Shown here piece by piece: positions 16,592 to 42,105 of a stretch of DNA of 64,000 nucleotides. The position numbers were made by a program, and so were the translations under genes. Origin of the DNA: the human T2T-CHM13v2.0 reference genome, Homo sapiens. The stretch lies in the NCBI RefSeq assembly GCF_009914755.1, contig NC_060943.1; one strand, given 5' to 3'. Each line of letters begins with the position of its first letter. The first letter of the stretch is position 1. Below the pieces are notes generated by a model. That model searched no databases. It was given only the letters and a program-made list of their open reading frames with translations, and was not told where the DNA came from.

Positions 16592-17473
16592 TGATTTTAA
16601 AACATGGCAACTTCTTATGGCAACTTTATGACTTAGGAATGGGTACTATGTCTATTTTTTTGATGGAAAAGAAGCTCAGAGAGGTCAAGTGATTGTTCAA
16701 AGTCACAACTGGTATGAGACAGAGGCAGGAGTTGAGCCTACATCTTTGACTTACTTCAGTGGCTGACTGTGAGTCTGGGAAATTGTGAAATCTAAGATCC
16801 ACCCAAAACAGCCAGGCATGGTGGCTCACATCTGTAGTCCGAGATACTAGGGATGCTGAGGTGGGAGGATCACCTGAGCCCAGGAGTTGGAGGCTGCAGT
16901 GAGCCAAGATCACACCACTGCACCCAGCCTGGGTGACAGAGCGAGACCCTGTCTCAAGGAACAAACAAACAAACAAACATACAAACAAACAAGAAAAACC
17001 CACTAAAAATAGAACAGAAACAAAGGTTGGGACTCTGTGAGCCTCCATTTCCTCTCTTCTTGGATAAAATGAGGATACCGTGTCTGGCACTTAATAGATG
17101 CTAGCTTCTGAGATACTGAAGCAACAATATAGGAAAATATCGTGATTATAGGCAACAAAGCCATGATGTGCCTAAGGCCACAGATCCGGGGCCAGGCTTC
17201 TGGAATTTAAGCCCTGACTCCTCTGCTTAATAGCTGAGGCAAACTACTAACTGTGACTCAGTATCCCCATTTGCAAAATGGGAGTAATAATAGTGCCACC
17301 TTCAAAGTGCAGCTATGAGGATGGGCAAGTTATTATTTTCTAGTGTTTAGGTCAGTGGTTCACACATAGTAAGTGCTATGTGAGGGTTTGTTACATCAAT
17401 GATAAGTACTGGCTGGACGCGGTGGCTCACGCCTGTAATCCCAGCACTTTGGGAGGCTGCGGTGGGTGGATCA

Positions 17474-18420
<947 letters not shown>

Positions 18421-18441
18421 CATTTAATTTTTTTTTTTTAA

Positions 18442-18552
<111 letters not shown>

Positions 18553-19191
18553 TGAGATTACAGGCACCCGCCACCATGCCCAGCTAATTATCATATTTTT
18601 GGTAGAGATAGGATTTCTCCATGTTGGCCAGGCTGGTCTCAAACTCCTGACTTCAGGTGATCTGCCCACCTCAGCCCCCAAAGTGCTGGGATTACAGACA
18701 CACGCCACCACGCCCAGCCTAATTTTTGTATTTTTAGTAGAGACAGGGTTTCTCCATGTTGGCCAGGCTGGTCTCGAACTCCTGGCCTCAAGTGATCCAC
18801 CTGCCTTGGCCTCCTAAAGTGCTGGGATTACAGGCATGAGCCACCGCACCCCGCCAAAACCTACATTTAAAACAGAAGGCTTCACTCATTCTTCTTACTT
18901 GAAATGCTCAGGGATGTTTAATTATCCAACACTTCTTGGATGTTCTTGGCAAACCTCCTTCCTTCATTCCTGCAGTTAATTAAAACCGAACCTAACAGTT
19001 TTTTCATGCTCTCCTGGGGCCAATTTTAGATATAGAGCACGTGACTCCCACTGCAATTAATTTTTTTCTCTGCAGTTGAAACGGGAGGCTGGAAGAGGAT
19101 TTGAATGTAACGCCTTTATCCCTTGACAGTAGCTCAATACTGCTTGAGTGAAGATGGTGTTAGTGGGTTAAGCACTTGGAAACAGTTCTTA

Positions 19192-19964
<773 letters not shown>

Positions 19965-20176
19965 TCTGATGGGTGTCTCTCACTGAGTATGCTCATGGGT
20001 ATGCCTTGGTGGGCTCAGAACAAGGTCAGGAAAGACATGTGACTTTTACTTTTGTGCAAAAAAACAGGATACGTAGGACTGTGCAATGCTGGAGGCTGTC
20101 TTCCCAGCCTACGGATCAAATACCTGGGAATTTCACTGTATCACTCTTTTTTTCTTTTTTTTTGTTTTTGAGATAG

Positions 20177-20314
<138 letters not shown>

Positions 20315-20683
20315 TAATTTTTGTATTTTTAGTAGAGAACGGGTTTCATCATGTTGACCAGGCTGGTCTCGAACTCCTGACCTCAGGTGATCCGCGCCCA
20401 GCCTTCATAGTATCTCTCAATCTTAAGTCCACAGCAGTGTGTATTTTGGGGAAAGGCAGGGATTCAGACGTGATACAGACAGTTCCACCCTCATGTGTGT
20501 GTCCTCCCATCACCTGTGTTCAGGTGTTATTGGTATCAGCAGTGAGTTTTGGATAGTTGTGTTGGTGAGAGACTGAATCTGTTTCCTCCCCAAAGCAGCA
20601 TTCTCGGTTGGTGTGTGGAAGTTGCAGATACCAGGTGTGGAGACAAAAGTGATTCCATCTCGGATGATAATCTGCTGGGTTGA

Positions 20684-21400
<717 letters not shown>

Positions 21401-21885
21401 TGTTAGACACAGAAAAAATAGGGCCCGGAAGACACCAAGGAGGAGGGCTTGTGGTTGCATGTCTGAGATAAGAACTGTTTCCAAGAATTTCTAAAAACCC
21501 CACAAGAAATTTCTTCCTGTTCTTCACACATCACCTGCATTGCAGACTTGCATGTTTTACACGTGTGCTTATGTTTCTATGACAAGATTTATCACCAGGC
21601 ATTCTTTAGGAGTGCAGTAATTCAGAGAAGGTGCTCTTGGAAGGACGTTTGCCCGGTAATAGCATCTCCACTAACGAACTGATGACAACTCTGGCTTTGA
21701 GCCTCTGGAACCAATGAACTCTGTTTCCAAGCAGTTTACAAGAACTTCTCCCTTTTTGCCTATAAGACCTTTCCTTTACCCTTCCCTCACTGGATGCACT
21801 CATGCTTTGCCATTTGGTGAATCCTGGATTAGAATCTTCTTTTCCTGCTCCTGAATAAATTCAACATATTTGGAGATAGTTTTCA
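21401..21885 (+). mobile_element. Solo LTR (ERV1-like, family not assigned)
   Basis: Starts TGTTAGA, has CCTATAAG (~21760) and AATAAA (21854), then runs into the AT-rich repeat. Confidence 0.55.
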
Positions 21886-23690
21886 TGCATATATATGTAT
21901 AGACATAACCTTGGTATATATATGTATAGACATAACCTTGGTATATATATGTATAGATATAACCTTGGTATATATATGTATAGATATAACCTTGGTATAT
22001 ATGTATAGATATAACCTTATTATCTATACATATATCTGAAAACTCTATATAAAATAAATTATATGTGAGAAACTATATATAACTGTATATATTATATTAT
22101 ATATTATATATAATGTATATAGTTCTGTATATATTGTATATATAATATATGTAGTTCTATATATAATATATAATATGTATTATAACATATATAATATGTA
22201 TTCTAACATATATTATGTATTATAACATATATTATATATTATAACATATATAATATGCAATATATAATATATGTTATAATATATAATATATGTTATAATA
22301 TATTATATATAATATATACAGAACTTTATATATTATATACAATATATAATATAATATACACAGTTATATATAGCTTCTCACATATATAACCATGTAACTA
22401 TATATTATATATAATGTATTATATAATGTAATTATGTAATGTACATTATAATATATAGTACATATATAATGTAACTATATAATAATTATATATAATATAT
22501 AGTTGCATGGTTATGTATGTGAGAAACTATATATATGTGAGAAACTATATATAATGTATATTATATATTATATATGATATAATAATTTTATATAATATAA
22601 TATAATTTTATATTATATAATATATAAGATATATAATAATATATATAATTATATAATATATAATACATATAATTATATAATATATTTTTATATTATATAA
22701 TATATAATACATATAATATATAATATATTTTATATTATATAATATATAATATATATAATATATTATATAATATATAATATATATAATATATTATATAATA
22801 TATTATATAATATATTATATAATATATTTTTATATTATATAATATATAATATAATATATAATATATAACATATATAATATATAATATATAACATATAACA
22901 TATATAATATATAATATATAGTTCTAAATATAGTTGTATATAATATATAATATAATATATAGTTCTAAATATAATTACATATTATATATAATATATAGTA
23001 TAATATATACAGTTATATATAGTTTCTCACATATAGTTTGTTTTATATAGAGTTTTCATATATATAGATAATAAGGTTATATCTATACATACATAACAAG
23101 GTTATATCTATACATATATATACATGAAAACTATCTCCAAATATGTTGAATATAGTTATATATAGTTTGTCACATATATATGAGAAACTATACATTATGT
23201 ATAAATATATAGCTGTAAATATATCATATATGTTATGTAATATTATATATATTATTATATATTATGTTCTTATATATGTACATATAATATGATATATACA
23301 GTTACATATAATATATATGAGAAACTATATTACATTATATATAATATATAGTTACATGGTTATTTATATAGTTTCTCATATATAGTTTACTTTTATATAT
23401 AGTTTTCATATACATGTTTAGATATAACCATTTATAGTTTCTTATATAAACTATGTATATATATAAGGTTATATCTATACATACATATATATATGCAAAA
23501 AGTATCTCCAAATATGTTGAATTTGTTCAGGAATGGAAAAAGAGGATTATAATCCAGCATGTCTATTTATATATCTTATATCTGTATATGAGAAACTATA
23601 TATATATGTATATGAGAAAAATAATATATATTTATGTACATGAAACATGATATATATTTGAAATATGATACATGATATATATTTTTTATT
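21860..23690. repeat. AT-rich (TA)n-derived region with long inverted arms
   Basis: More than 90% A/T. A 27-bp unit ATATATATGTATAGA(C/T)ATAACCTTGGT occurs ~4 times at 21889-22020, and arms 21860-22110 and 22990-23152 are inverted copies. Confidence 0.9.
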
Positions 23691-24903
23691 ATTATACTTC
23701 AAGTTCTAGGGTACATGTGCACAACGTGCAGGTTTGTTACATGTGTATACATGTGCCATGTTGGTGTGGTGCACCCATTAACTCGTCATTTATACCAGGT
23801 ATATCTGCCAGTGCTATCCCTCTCCCCTTCCCCCACCCCATGACAGGCCCTGGTGTGTGGTGCTCCCCACCCTGTGTCCAAGTGTTCTCATTGTTCAGTT
23901 CCCACCTATGAGTGAGAACATGACGTGTTTGGTTTTCTGTCCTTGAGATAGTTTGCTCAGAATGATGGTTGCCAGCTTCATCCATGTCCCTACGAAGGAC
24001 ATGAACTCATCCTTTCTTATGGCTGCATAGTATTCCATGGTGTATATGTGCCACATTTTCTTAATCCAGTCTATCATTGATGGACATTTGGGTTGGTACC
24101 AAGTCTTTGCTATTGTGAATAGTGCTGCAATAAACATACGTGTGCATGTGTCTTTACAGCAGCATGATTTATAATCCTTTGGGTATATACCCAGCAATGG
24201 GATGGCTGGGTCAAATGGTATTTCTAGTTCTAGATCCTTGAGGAATCGCCACACTGACTTCCACAATGGTTGAACTAGTTTACAGTCCCACCAACAGTGT
24301 AAAAGCGTTCCTATTTCTCCACATCCTCTCCAGACCCTGTTGTTTCCTGACTTTTTAATGATCGCCGTTCTAACTGGTGTGTGAGATGGTATCTCATTGT
24401 GGTTTTGATTTGCATTTCTCTGATGGCCAGTGATGATGAGCATTTTTTCATGTGTCTGTTGGCTGCATAAATGTATTCTTTTGAGAAGTGTCTGCTCATA
24501 TCCTTTGCCCACTTTTTGATGGGGTTGTTTGTTTTTTTCTTGTAAATTCGTTTAAGTTCTTTGTAGCTTCTGGATATTAGCCCTTTGTCAGATGGGTACA
24601 TTGCAAAAATTTTCTCCCATTCTGTAGGTTGCCTGTTCACTCTGATGGTAGTTTCTTTTGCTGTGCAGAAGCTGTTTAGTTTAATTAGATCCCATTTCTC
24701 AATTTTGGCTTTTGTTGCCATTGCTTTTGGTGTTTTAGTCATGAAGTCCTTGCCCATGCCTATGTCCTGAATGGTATTGCTTAGGTTTTCTTCTAGGGTT
24801 TTTATGGTTTTAGTTGTGACATTTAAGTCTTTACTCCATCTTGAATTAATTTTTGTGTAAGGAAGGGATCCAGTTTCAGCTTTCTACATATGGCTAGCCA
24901 GTT
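23685..24903 (-). mobile_element. 5'-truncated L1PA element (ORF2 C-terminus plus 3'UTR)
   Basis: Translates to L1 ORF2 peptides ([18 protein letters not shown]..., [18 protein letters not shown]). The L1PA 3' end GGGTACATGTGCACAACGTGCAGG is at ~23710. Confidence 0.95.
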
Positions 24904-25875
24904 TATATATATATATCACTTTAATATAAATAATATATTTTATATACATGAAATATTATATATATTTGATATATGATACATGATATATATTTGATATGAG
25001 ATTATTTACATATATGAGAAATGATATATATTTATATTTAATGTATAAGCTTATGTGTTTATATTTATATAACAATACAAATATATAGTATAAATATGTA
25101 TTGAATATATTCTTAAATATAGTCTTATTTCTCATACATATGAGAAACTCTATCTATCTATCTATCTATCTATAAGGTTATATATATATATAAAGTTGCA
25201 AAGTGTTAAAGAACAGAGCATGGGGATCCATTCTTGGTTAGGTCATCGTCATGGAGAAATAACTGAATCACCTTGACCATTAGCCTTCTTTTGACCTCTT
25301 CTTTCACTAGAGTGTTAGGATTTGGGCATTGTTAGGTTATTCGGAGCCCTGGTTTGAATTCCTAAATCCCAGAATTGTGTTTCCCACTAAGCAGGGGTTG
25401 GACCATCTGTATACGGAGCCATTAACCACACACAACAGCCAGGGATGGTGAGAGAGCCCCAGCTTTCCTCACTCTGTTGAAGGAAGCATGTCTTGGAGTT
25501 GTTCATCTCTTCTGCACTTTTGCTTCTCTTTCCATGACTTGATATCTGCCTTTAATAGGTTCCTGCGCTTTCAGGTTAAATGCCCATTCCTTGGACTTAA
25601 CCCAAGGATATATTGGCTGCTTTGGCCTGATGCTCAGCACTGCCAGGTATGAACAGCACCGTGGGTGACATTGGAAAGCAGCAGAGGCTTTCTCAGCCCT
25701 GAGATAAACTTCAGTTCTGACCTGCTCGGGAAAAGGCTATGAGATGCAGCGAAAGAGAAACATCTTCCTCAAAAGATAAGCTGAAGTTGGCCAGGTGCCG
25801 TGGCTCACGCCTGTAATCCCAGCACTTTGGGAGGCTAAGGCGGGCAGATCACCTGAGGTCAGGAGTTTGAGACTA

Positions 25876-27160
<1,285 letters not shown>

Positions 27161-27929
27161 AACAATCTGGGAAAGAAGAAAATGTTAACAGGCCAGAGGC
27201 AAGGTAGAAGTGGATTGCTTACAAGCCTCACAGATAATGACAGTAGCAGGGTACGGTGGTGTGCACCTGTAGTCCCAGCTACTCAGGAAGCTAAAGTTGA
27301 AGGACAGCTTGATCCCAGCAATTTGAATCCAGACTGGGCAACATAGCAAGACCCCATCTCTAAAAAAAGATAGTAATAATATCAAACACTGTTACAGCCT
27401 CAATGTTCCCAGTTACTTTCTAAGTGGGTTACAACTGTTAGCCCATTTAATCTTTATTCTCACATTACAGGGGAGGAAAACCAGGCACAGAGGTATTAAG
27501 CAGCTTGCCTGGAATCTAATAGCTTATGAAGAGTAGAATCAAATTTTCAACCCAAGAAGTCTGCTTCCAAGTCTTCATTCTTGCCAAGTATGCTACACTT
27601 CCAGATACACACAATTGCAACATAAACCAAGTTGAACATTAATGGATTCTTTAAACAAGGTCAGGTGAATCTGTCAGGAAGAGTGTCAGGTGGGAGAAAC
27701 CAGGATGGTCTTCGCTGAGAAGGTGGCATTGCAGGTAGTCTTTGATGGCTGGCCCCATTTTGAAAGGTGCCGGCAATGGTGGGGTGGGCGAGTGGTAGAA
27801 GAAGAAGGTGTGAAGGAAGAGAAAGGAACTTTATTGTGTGTCGGTGATATTCAAGGCCCTTGAGGCTGTTATTTCTGCAAATATTTATGCTTTGGTGACA
27901 CAATGGGGGTGTCCAAGATAAAAGACCTA

Positions 27930-31740
<3,811 letters not shown>

Positions 31741-31742
31741 AC

Positions 31743-33448
<1,706 letters not shown>

Positions 33449-33654
33449 TAGGTAAATTTATACTTAGAGAAATCAGACTGATGGTTGCCAGAGGCTGAGA
33501 GGGAAGGAACGGGGAGTGAATGCTTAATGGATACAGAGGTTTCTTTGGTGATAAAAATGTTTTCATTTTTATCTAGAAGCTAGATAGAGTTGATGATTGT
33601 ACAACATAGTGAATGTACTAAATGCCACTGAATTATACACTTTAAAATAGCTAA

Positions 33655-33992
<338 letters not shown>

Positions 33993-34663
33993 TGAATAAA
34001 ATAATGTGTGCGTTTATACGTATATAAAGAGATAAAACAATGGGCAAAAGATTAACAATTGTTGGAGGGTATATGGGTGTTCATTCAACTCTTCTTTTAG
34101 TCTAAAATATTTTAAGTAAAAGTTAGAAAAACGGAGAGAATACTTGGTGTTTAATTTTTTAGCCATTTCCATCATTTTCAGTTTATCTCTTCTGAAGGCA
34201 AAAAGTGATAGCTTATAAATTGTATAATGTCAGCATAAAAGATGAAATTAAGTCAATTCTAAAAAAAAAACAACTAAAAGTGAGTAATTTTAAAAATATA
34301 GGTATCTTTCTGGTTAAGTTTTTCCAGTAGAATGCCAAATCTCTCGGTGTTAATGCACAAAGTTTATAAAATGTGTGTTTCTTTGAATATAATGTTCTCT
34401 GGCCTATGGTTTTATGGGAAACGTTTATATTTACATCTAAATAAATACAAGATTGTTTTTTGAGAGAGAGTCTCACTCTGTCACCTGGGCTGGAGGCAGC
34501 AATCATAGCTCACTGCAATCTTAAACTCCTGGGCTCAAGCAATCTTTGCCTCCCAATAAATACAAGATTTTACGTAAAATGACATGAAGAAAAAGTGTCC
34601 CAAGTGATAACAAAAGAGAGTGTGTGTCTCAGATATTGCTGGTCCTAAGACATGTTATCATAA

Positions 34664-35017
<354 letters not shown>

Positions 35018-35704
35018 TGAGTTTATTTCCCCAAGGCTTTCTATATTTTGGCAAAAGCAAAGGTTAATGTTCTGCAATGAGTTTCCCAAAAGCTGAGAGA
35101 GTGAAAGAAAATCTTGGAAAAGGAAGCCATGAAGAGAAATATGACCTCATATCAAACTAACCATTTCATTTTTTTGGTTAACAGGAAGCAGTATTTTAAA
35201 TATTTCATATCCTAACATGACAGTTTGTTACTGATTACTGATACACAAGCCTTTTACTAGTTTCAGCTATATTCCAGGAAATTATTTGAGACTTTTGGGT
35301 TGAGGTACAATACAGCCTTTTCACATTTGAAATAATGGAATATAGAGTCCCAGTGGACAATTTTGTGAGCATCTGCTTTTCAGAAACGTATAATTGACAT
35401 TAAGCAGGAGTTACCTCTATCAAGACAATGAATGTGGATGGCACACAGCAATGGCAAAAAATGGAGCTGGAATTCAGAGGATTAATATTAATCCTTTATT
35501 ACTAATAATAATTTATTAATATTTGAGGCACATGTCGAGAGTATTAACATGTTTTCTCTGTCATGTTTTCTCTTCCCTTGTTCTTTATAATGACATGGTG
35601 TAGTCAAAAACAATTTTCATGGTTTGTTCTATATATTTCTATACCCTTTCATCCATCATCAATTCATCCTCCACCCCTCCATCCCTTCACTCATTCCTCT
35701 ACCT

Positions 35705-36095
35705 ATCCATCCATCCATCCATCATCCATCCCTCTAACCATTTATCTATCCATCCATCCATCCATCCATCCATCCATCCATTTATCCATCCATCCATCCA
35801 TCCATCCATCCATCCATCCATCCATCCATCCATTTATCCATCCATCCATCCATCCATCCATCCATCCATCCATCCATCCATTTATCCATCCATCCATCCA
35901 TCCATCCATCCATCCATCCATCCATTCATTTATCCATCCATCCATCCATCCATCCATCCATTTATCCATCCATCCGTCCATCCATCCATCCATCCATTCA
36001 TTTATCCATCCATCCATCCATCCATCCATCCATCCATCCATCCATTCATTTATCCATCCATCCATCCATCCATCCATCCATCCATCCATCCATCA
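35705..36095. repeat. (CATC)n tetranucleotide repeat
   Basis: About 390 bp of CCAT units with periodic TTTAT/TTCAT interruptions. Confidence 0.97.
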
Positions 36096-38758
36096 TTGGT
36101 ACCAGTCAATTTGTGCTAGGTGTTGAGCATCCAAATCCCACTGCTCATTTCTCCATATCTTGATTTCTTTTTCTAAACTCCTGTCTGTTTCAGCCCTTCC
36201 TATTTAGTAAACATTAATGTGTCCATGTCCCTTGGTCACCAGTTATACAAAAATGAATAATTGCAGGCTCTTGCCATTGAGGAACTCATGGTCTATGGCA
36301 GTGCCACTCAAATTGTGGTCCATGAACTGTTACTGACCCTTGTGAAGAAATTAATCTTGGACTAAAGCAATTCTTTAACCTCAGCCTCCCAAGTATCTGG
36401 GAATATGGGACTACAGGTGTGTGCCACCATGCCCAGCTAATCTTTAAAAAATGTTTTTGTAGAGGCAGGGTCTCTCTATGATCTATCTGTCTCTGGACCA
36501 TTGCTTTGCCTGAGTCTTGGAAGCCCCTCAAGGATGGAACTCAGTGGAAGAAATGTCCTGACCAGGGAATCTGCCTCTTGGCTGTGCCACCACCATCACT
36601 GCCCCAGTATTTAATGCAGAAAAAAATCTCCTGGACATCAGATTTCCTTTGGAACATGAGGGTCCCTTTGTAGTAATGGATTCCCTCATCTCCTTTCTCT
36701 TCTTAGATCCAAGCAAAAGGACTTGGGTATCTGCCATATCCAATTATCTGCATCAGTGTTGCCCATTTTCCCCATGGTTAATTGAGAGATGAGTAAATGT
36801 TTTTCCACAATCCTCCAGGGACAATCCAAGTATCATGGGCTCTAGGCTCCCACTGAAACTATTTTTTTTTCCTAACAGAAAGGGAGACCCAGAGGGGTTC
36901 TGATGCAAAAGCTGTCCCTGGAGCCTCGATCCCCAGACAAGGATGTCTATCTTTGCATAGACCAAGGTGGCACTGATTAAACCCAAGATGCTGGAGCCTG
37001 GGGAGGTTTTTTTCAGGAGCTGTCTTGCAATGAAGGGAGTTGACATGCTCATGGGGCATTGAGAGGGATCCATCACTCTGTGTGCACACAGACCTTGGTG
37101 ACTGGGGGTGAGAGTTTGGAACCCAGCCTTGTGGAGATCTTGGGGGTCTGGGCATAATTTAGAGACTAGTATTAGTGGCAAGATGGGCCCCCAGAACTGC
37201 TGGTATTGTGTTTCACAAGCTCATTGGGTTGAGCTTGTACAGGTATTTGGATGGAAAGATGAATTTTTGTCTACCTCTTGGACATTTGCCAACCTGCACG
37301 CTGGATGCATCTTACCTTGTCTGTTATTGCTGCTGTGAATCCAAGCAGGCTGGACCTCTAGATAGCAGAAGGTCACCCATGTTGACGTTCATTCCAAACC
37401 TTCCATAAAATGTGCTGGAAGCAGCAAGGGGTGGGCACCTCACCTTGGCCATGGGGCCGGGACTAGAACAACCCATCTGGCATGGGCTGGAAGCACCTTC
37501 AGCTCACTTTCTGGAGACTGTGACCATCCTACAACAGTGATGCTCTGGAGGAATTCTCAGCTCAGAATTCCAGGGAAGATGAGTTGAGTGTTAAGTCCAA
37601 GAAAGAGGCAGTGTCCAGAATAGAGACAGCTCAGGATCTGAAATCAAACTGGGTTCAAATCCCAGTCTACCCTCTTCTTAGCTGTGTGACTTTAGGTAAG
37701 TCACTTACCCTCTCTGAGTCCATTTGTGTTTAACTTTAGTTCCAACAATCATTATTTCCCTTGCAGGACGTATTCATTTAACAACTATTTACTGAGCAGG
37801 CTCTGCTGTGGATCCTTGAGATGTGAGAATGTGAGAAATAAATAAATAATATAAGTGAATTAAATTATTTTATTAAGTAAATTATATTATATATTAAATT
37901 AAATAATATAAGTGAATATAATATAAGAGAATGTGAGAATTTAATAAATAATATAAGTGACAGTTTGTCCTGCAAACTGTCATGTGATCATTTGGCTACT
38001 AAAGTGACCAAGAGTCCAGATCATGCCTGGTCATAACGGACTGATGTGAGTTTTATTGGCAACAAGAAGATAAATAATGTAGCTCCTTTCTTCTGGTCAC
38101 TCAGTGTCAGCAAAGGGACCACTCTAGACCCACATTTTGGCATCCCTGAGGAAAACGGGAAAGGGACAGGTAAAACCACAACTTTAAAACTTTTCAAAGG
38201 GACTCTCCTCCCACCCAAAGAAGGACTGATTTAGGAATCACTGTGAGATGTTCCAGCCCAGATTAGAGTAAGTCATGGCTACTTTTTCCAGCTCTGCCTG
38301 TCTGACTGTGGGGCAGCAGGTGAGAGAGGTTGGATGGGTGGAACATTTTTTTCTGAAAGAGATTTCAGTGGGAAACAGTGTGCCAAAAGCTCAGGACATA
38401 ATCCCAGCACTTTGTGAGGCCAAGATGGGGAGGTATTATTTAAAACTGGGATTAAGGGACCAGCCTGGGAAACATAGCAAGACCGCATCTCTACAAAAAA
38501 ATTAAAAAATAAAAATTAGTCAGGTGTGGTGGTGCACACCTGGAGTCCCAGCTACTCGGGAGGCTGAGGCAAGAAGATGGCTTGAGCCCAGGAGTTGAAG
38601 GCTGCAGTGAGCTATGATTGTGCTACTGTACTCCAGCCTGGGTGACAGAGTGAGGCTCTGTTCCCTCTACCAAAAAAAGCTCAGGACACAAAGGCATTAC
38701 AATGGAATTAGAGGAACTGCTAGAGATCCCCAAAACCAGGGGTTTTTATTTTTTTCAG

Positions 38759-38803
38759 ATGCATCAAAGACAGTGGGACCACCTGGGCACCCTGAAAGGA
38801 AAG
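38759..38803 (+). other. Candidate non-coding 5' exon of OR2Z1
   Basis: Strong acceptor (T-rich tract ending TTTTCAG|) and donor GAAAG|GTGAGT bracket a 45-nt exon. A candidate acceptor TTCTTCCTGCAG| lies 21 nt before the OR2Z1 ATG. OR genes commonly have upstream non-coding exons; the link to OR2Z1 is inferred. Confidence 0.35.
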
Positions 38804-39616
38804 GTGAGTTTGGGGGCACACAGGAGTGTTGCCTGGGTTTCTGCCTGCAATCATGTTTTATGTCTTACTCTTGGGTGGATTCTGTTATCCACCAGTCCAT
38901 ACAGTCCGGATGCTCTATTACTTCTGCCTGGAATAAACTTCCCTCCTCTAGCTCTCTGGAAACCTTCCCTCCTCTACCTGACCTTCAAAACTTCCATGCC
39001 TCCTTCTCTGTGAAGCCTTCCCTGATCCCATCCCAGGCAGAGTTTCATCCCCTGGGTACCCAAATCATCATGCATGTATTTTTATTACATTGCTCATCAG
39101 ACTATGCTGAAATGAGTTGCACAATGTTCATGTTCTCTCTCAAACTCTAAATTCTATAACTGCAGGGCTAAATTATCTGACTCCCGTACATCTTTGGTTG
39201 ACTCTGGAAAATGCCACCAATGAGGCACTCCATTTCATTTTTGGTTGGATTTTACACATACAGTGCGTGTGTGTGTGTGTGTGTCACCAGATAAGGGTCT
39301 GTGAAAACAGAAGAAGAATTACAGAAACCAGTGGTGGGGCGATGACACTGTTCTAGACCCAAATGTCAACCTGTGTGGTTTCTTCCCAAGAGTGCTCTGC
39401 AGTTTCAAGGCAGGTCCTGCAGAGTTGTTGGTGCAGAAGCCTTCCCCACCATCCCAAAGGGCCACAATGCCTGAAACCAGGGGAAATGCCAGTCCTAGAA
39501 CAGTTCTAGGGTGGACCATTGGCCCTGAGGGTTGGCAAGTGTGGCTTCTCTACCAGACCAGGGTAGGACATGATCACCCATTAGCCAGAAATCATAACTT
39601 AGTGGTGAAGGGGAGT

Positions 39617-39620
<4 letters not shown>

Positions 39621-39667
<47 letters not shown>

Positions 39668-39679
39668 TGTGTGTGTGTG
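39621..39679. repeat. (GT)n microsatellite
   Basis: About 28 GT units with one interruption. Confidence 0.97.
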
Positions 39680-39898
39680 AAGCAAATCTTGAATATCTAT
39701 TACAGTGTTTGGAGATGTGTGAAATGCCGATGCAAGAACAAGGACTTTGGAATTAAATCTCATTTTGTTAGAATCTTGACTTGGTTACCTTCTTGCTGGT
39801 TCATCCTGGACAAGGCACTGCACTTCTCAGATCTCTGTCTTCTCATCCCCAAAATTCATAGAGGTATTAATACCTATGGTCATTTTTTTTTTAATTGA

Positions 39899-40153
<255 letters not shown>

Positions 40154-40874
40154 TGAAACACCACACCCAGCCTAATAGTGTGGTTATTGTTATTGTCATT
40201 GTCATCAAGGGCTTGCTGAATATTTCTATAACAGCTTCCCCAGCCACCTCCATTCCCACCATCCTCACTTCTCTTCCCAAAAACTTAGATTTGCATTTCA
40301 TTCTTTCATTTTTTCCATTTTCGGGGCTCAGGGGTTGATGAAAGACAGATGCTCGACCACCTTCAATTATCCACCGACAGACTTCTCTTCATTACTGAGA
40401 ATGGGGTACAAAAAGTGTGTCCTTGGGTAGGAGGTGATAGGCTTAGAGGAGCTGCCCAGCTCTCAGAAAGCTCTCCTTGCTTCCAAAACACAGCTGGAGG
40501 AGTGGGTGTGAAAACTATTGCCTGGGCTTCTGCCTGCAAGCCTATTTTATGTCTTACTCCTGGGTGCATTTTCTTAACCACCAGTCCATAGAGTCCAGAT
40601 ACTGTATTATTTCTGTCTGGAACAACCTTCCCTCTTCTAGCTCTCTGGAAAATTCCTACCTGACCTTCAAAACTCAGCTCCAATGCCTCCTTCTCTGTGA
40701 AGGCTTCCCAGATCCCATCCCAGGCAGAGTTTCATCTCCTGGGTACCAAAAATCATCATGCATGTATTTTTATTAAATTGCTCATCAGACTATGCTGAAA
40801 TGAGTTCAACAATGCTCATGTTCCCTGTCAAACTCTAACTCTAAATTCTATAACTGCAGGGCTAAATTGTCTAA

Positions 40875-41111
<237 letters not shown>

Positions 41112-41394
41112 TGAACTCCCATCCTCAAATGATCTGCCCGCCTCAGCCTCCCAAAGCATTGGGATTACAGGCGTGAGCCACTACGCCCAGCCAAACTCCC
41201 ATACATCTTTGATTGACTCTGGAAAAATGCTACCAATGAGGCACTCCATTCCATTTTTGGTTAGATTTCACTGTTAGAAAGTTCTTTGCTAGGTTGAACC
41301 ACACAGCTGCCCTCATTAACATCCACCTTCCAGTAGTATAAAGCAGGCAATTCTACTCTTCCCCTCATGAAGGTCATCAGATAGCAAGGTCAGT

Positions 41395-42105
<711 letters not shown>

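Noticed and set aside
21889-22020. Regularly spaced 27-bp repeats resembling a CRISPR array
   Set aside because: Head-to-tail minisatellite with no unique spacers, in eukaryotic DNA.
35563-36126. HPSI/MDGW-repeat ORFs
   Set aside because: Translations of the (CATC)n microsatellite.
36530-37500. Non-repetitive stretch that might be a decayed pseudogene
   Set aside because: No recognisable protein motif in any frame I read. It would need TBLASTX; it may simply be OR2Z1 upstream sequence.
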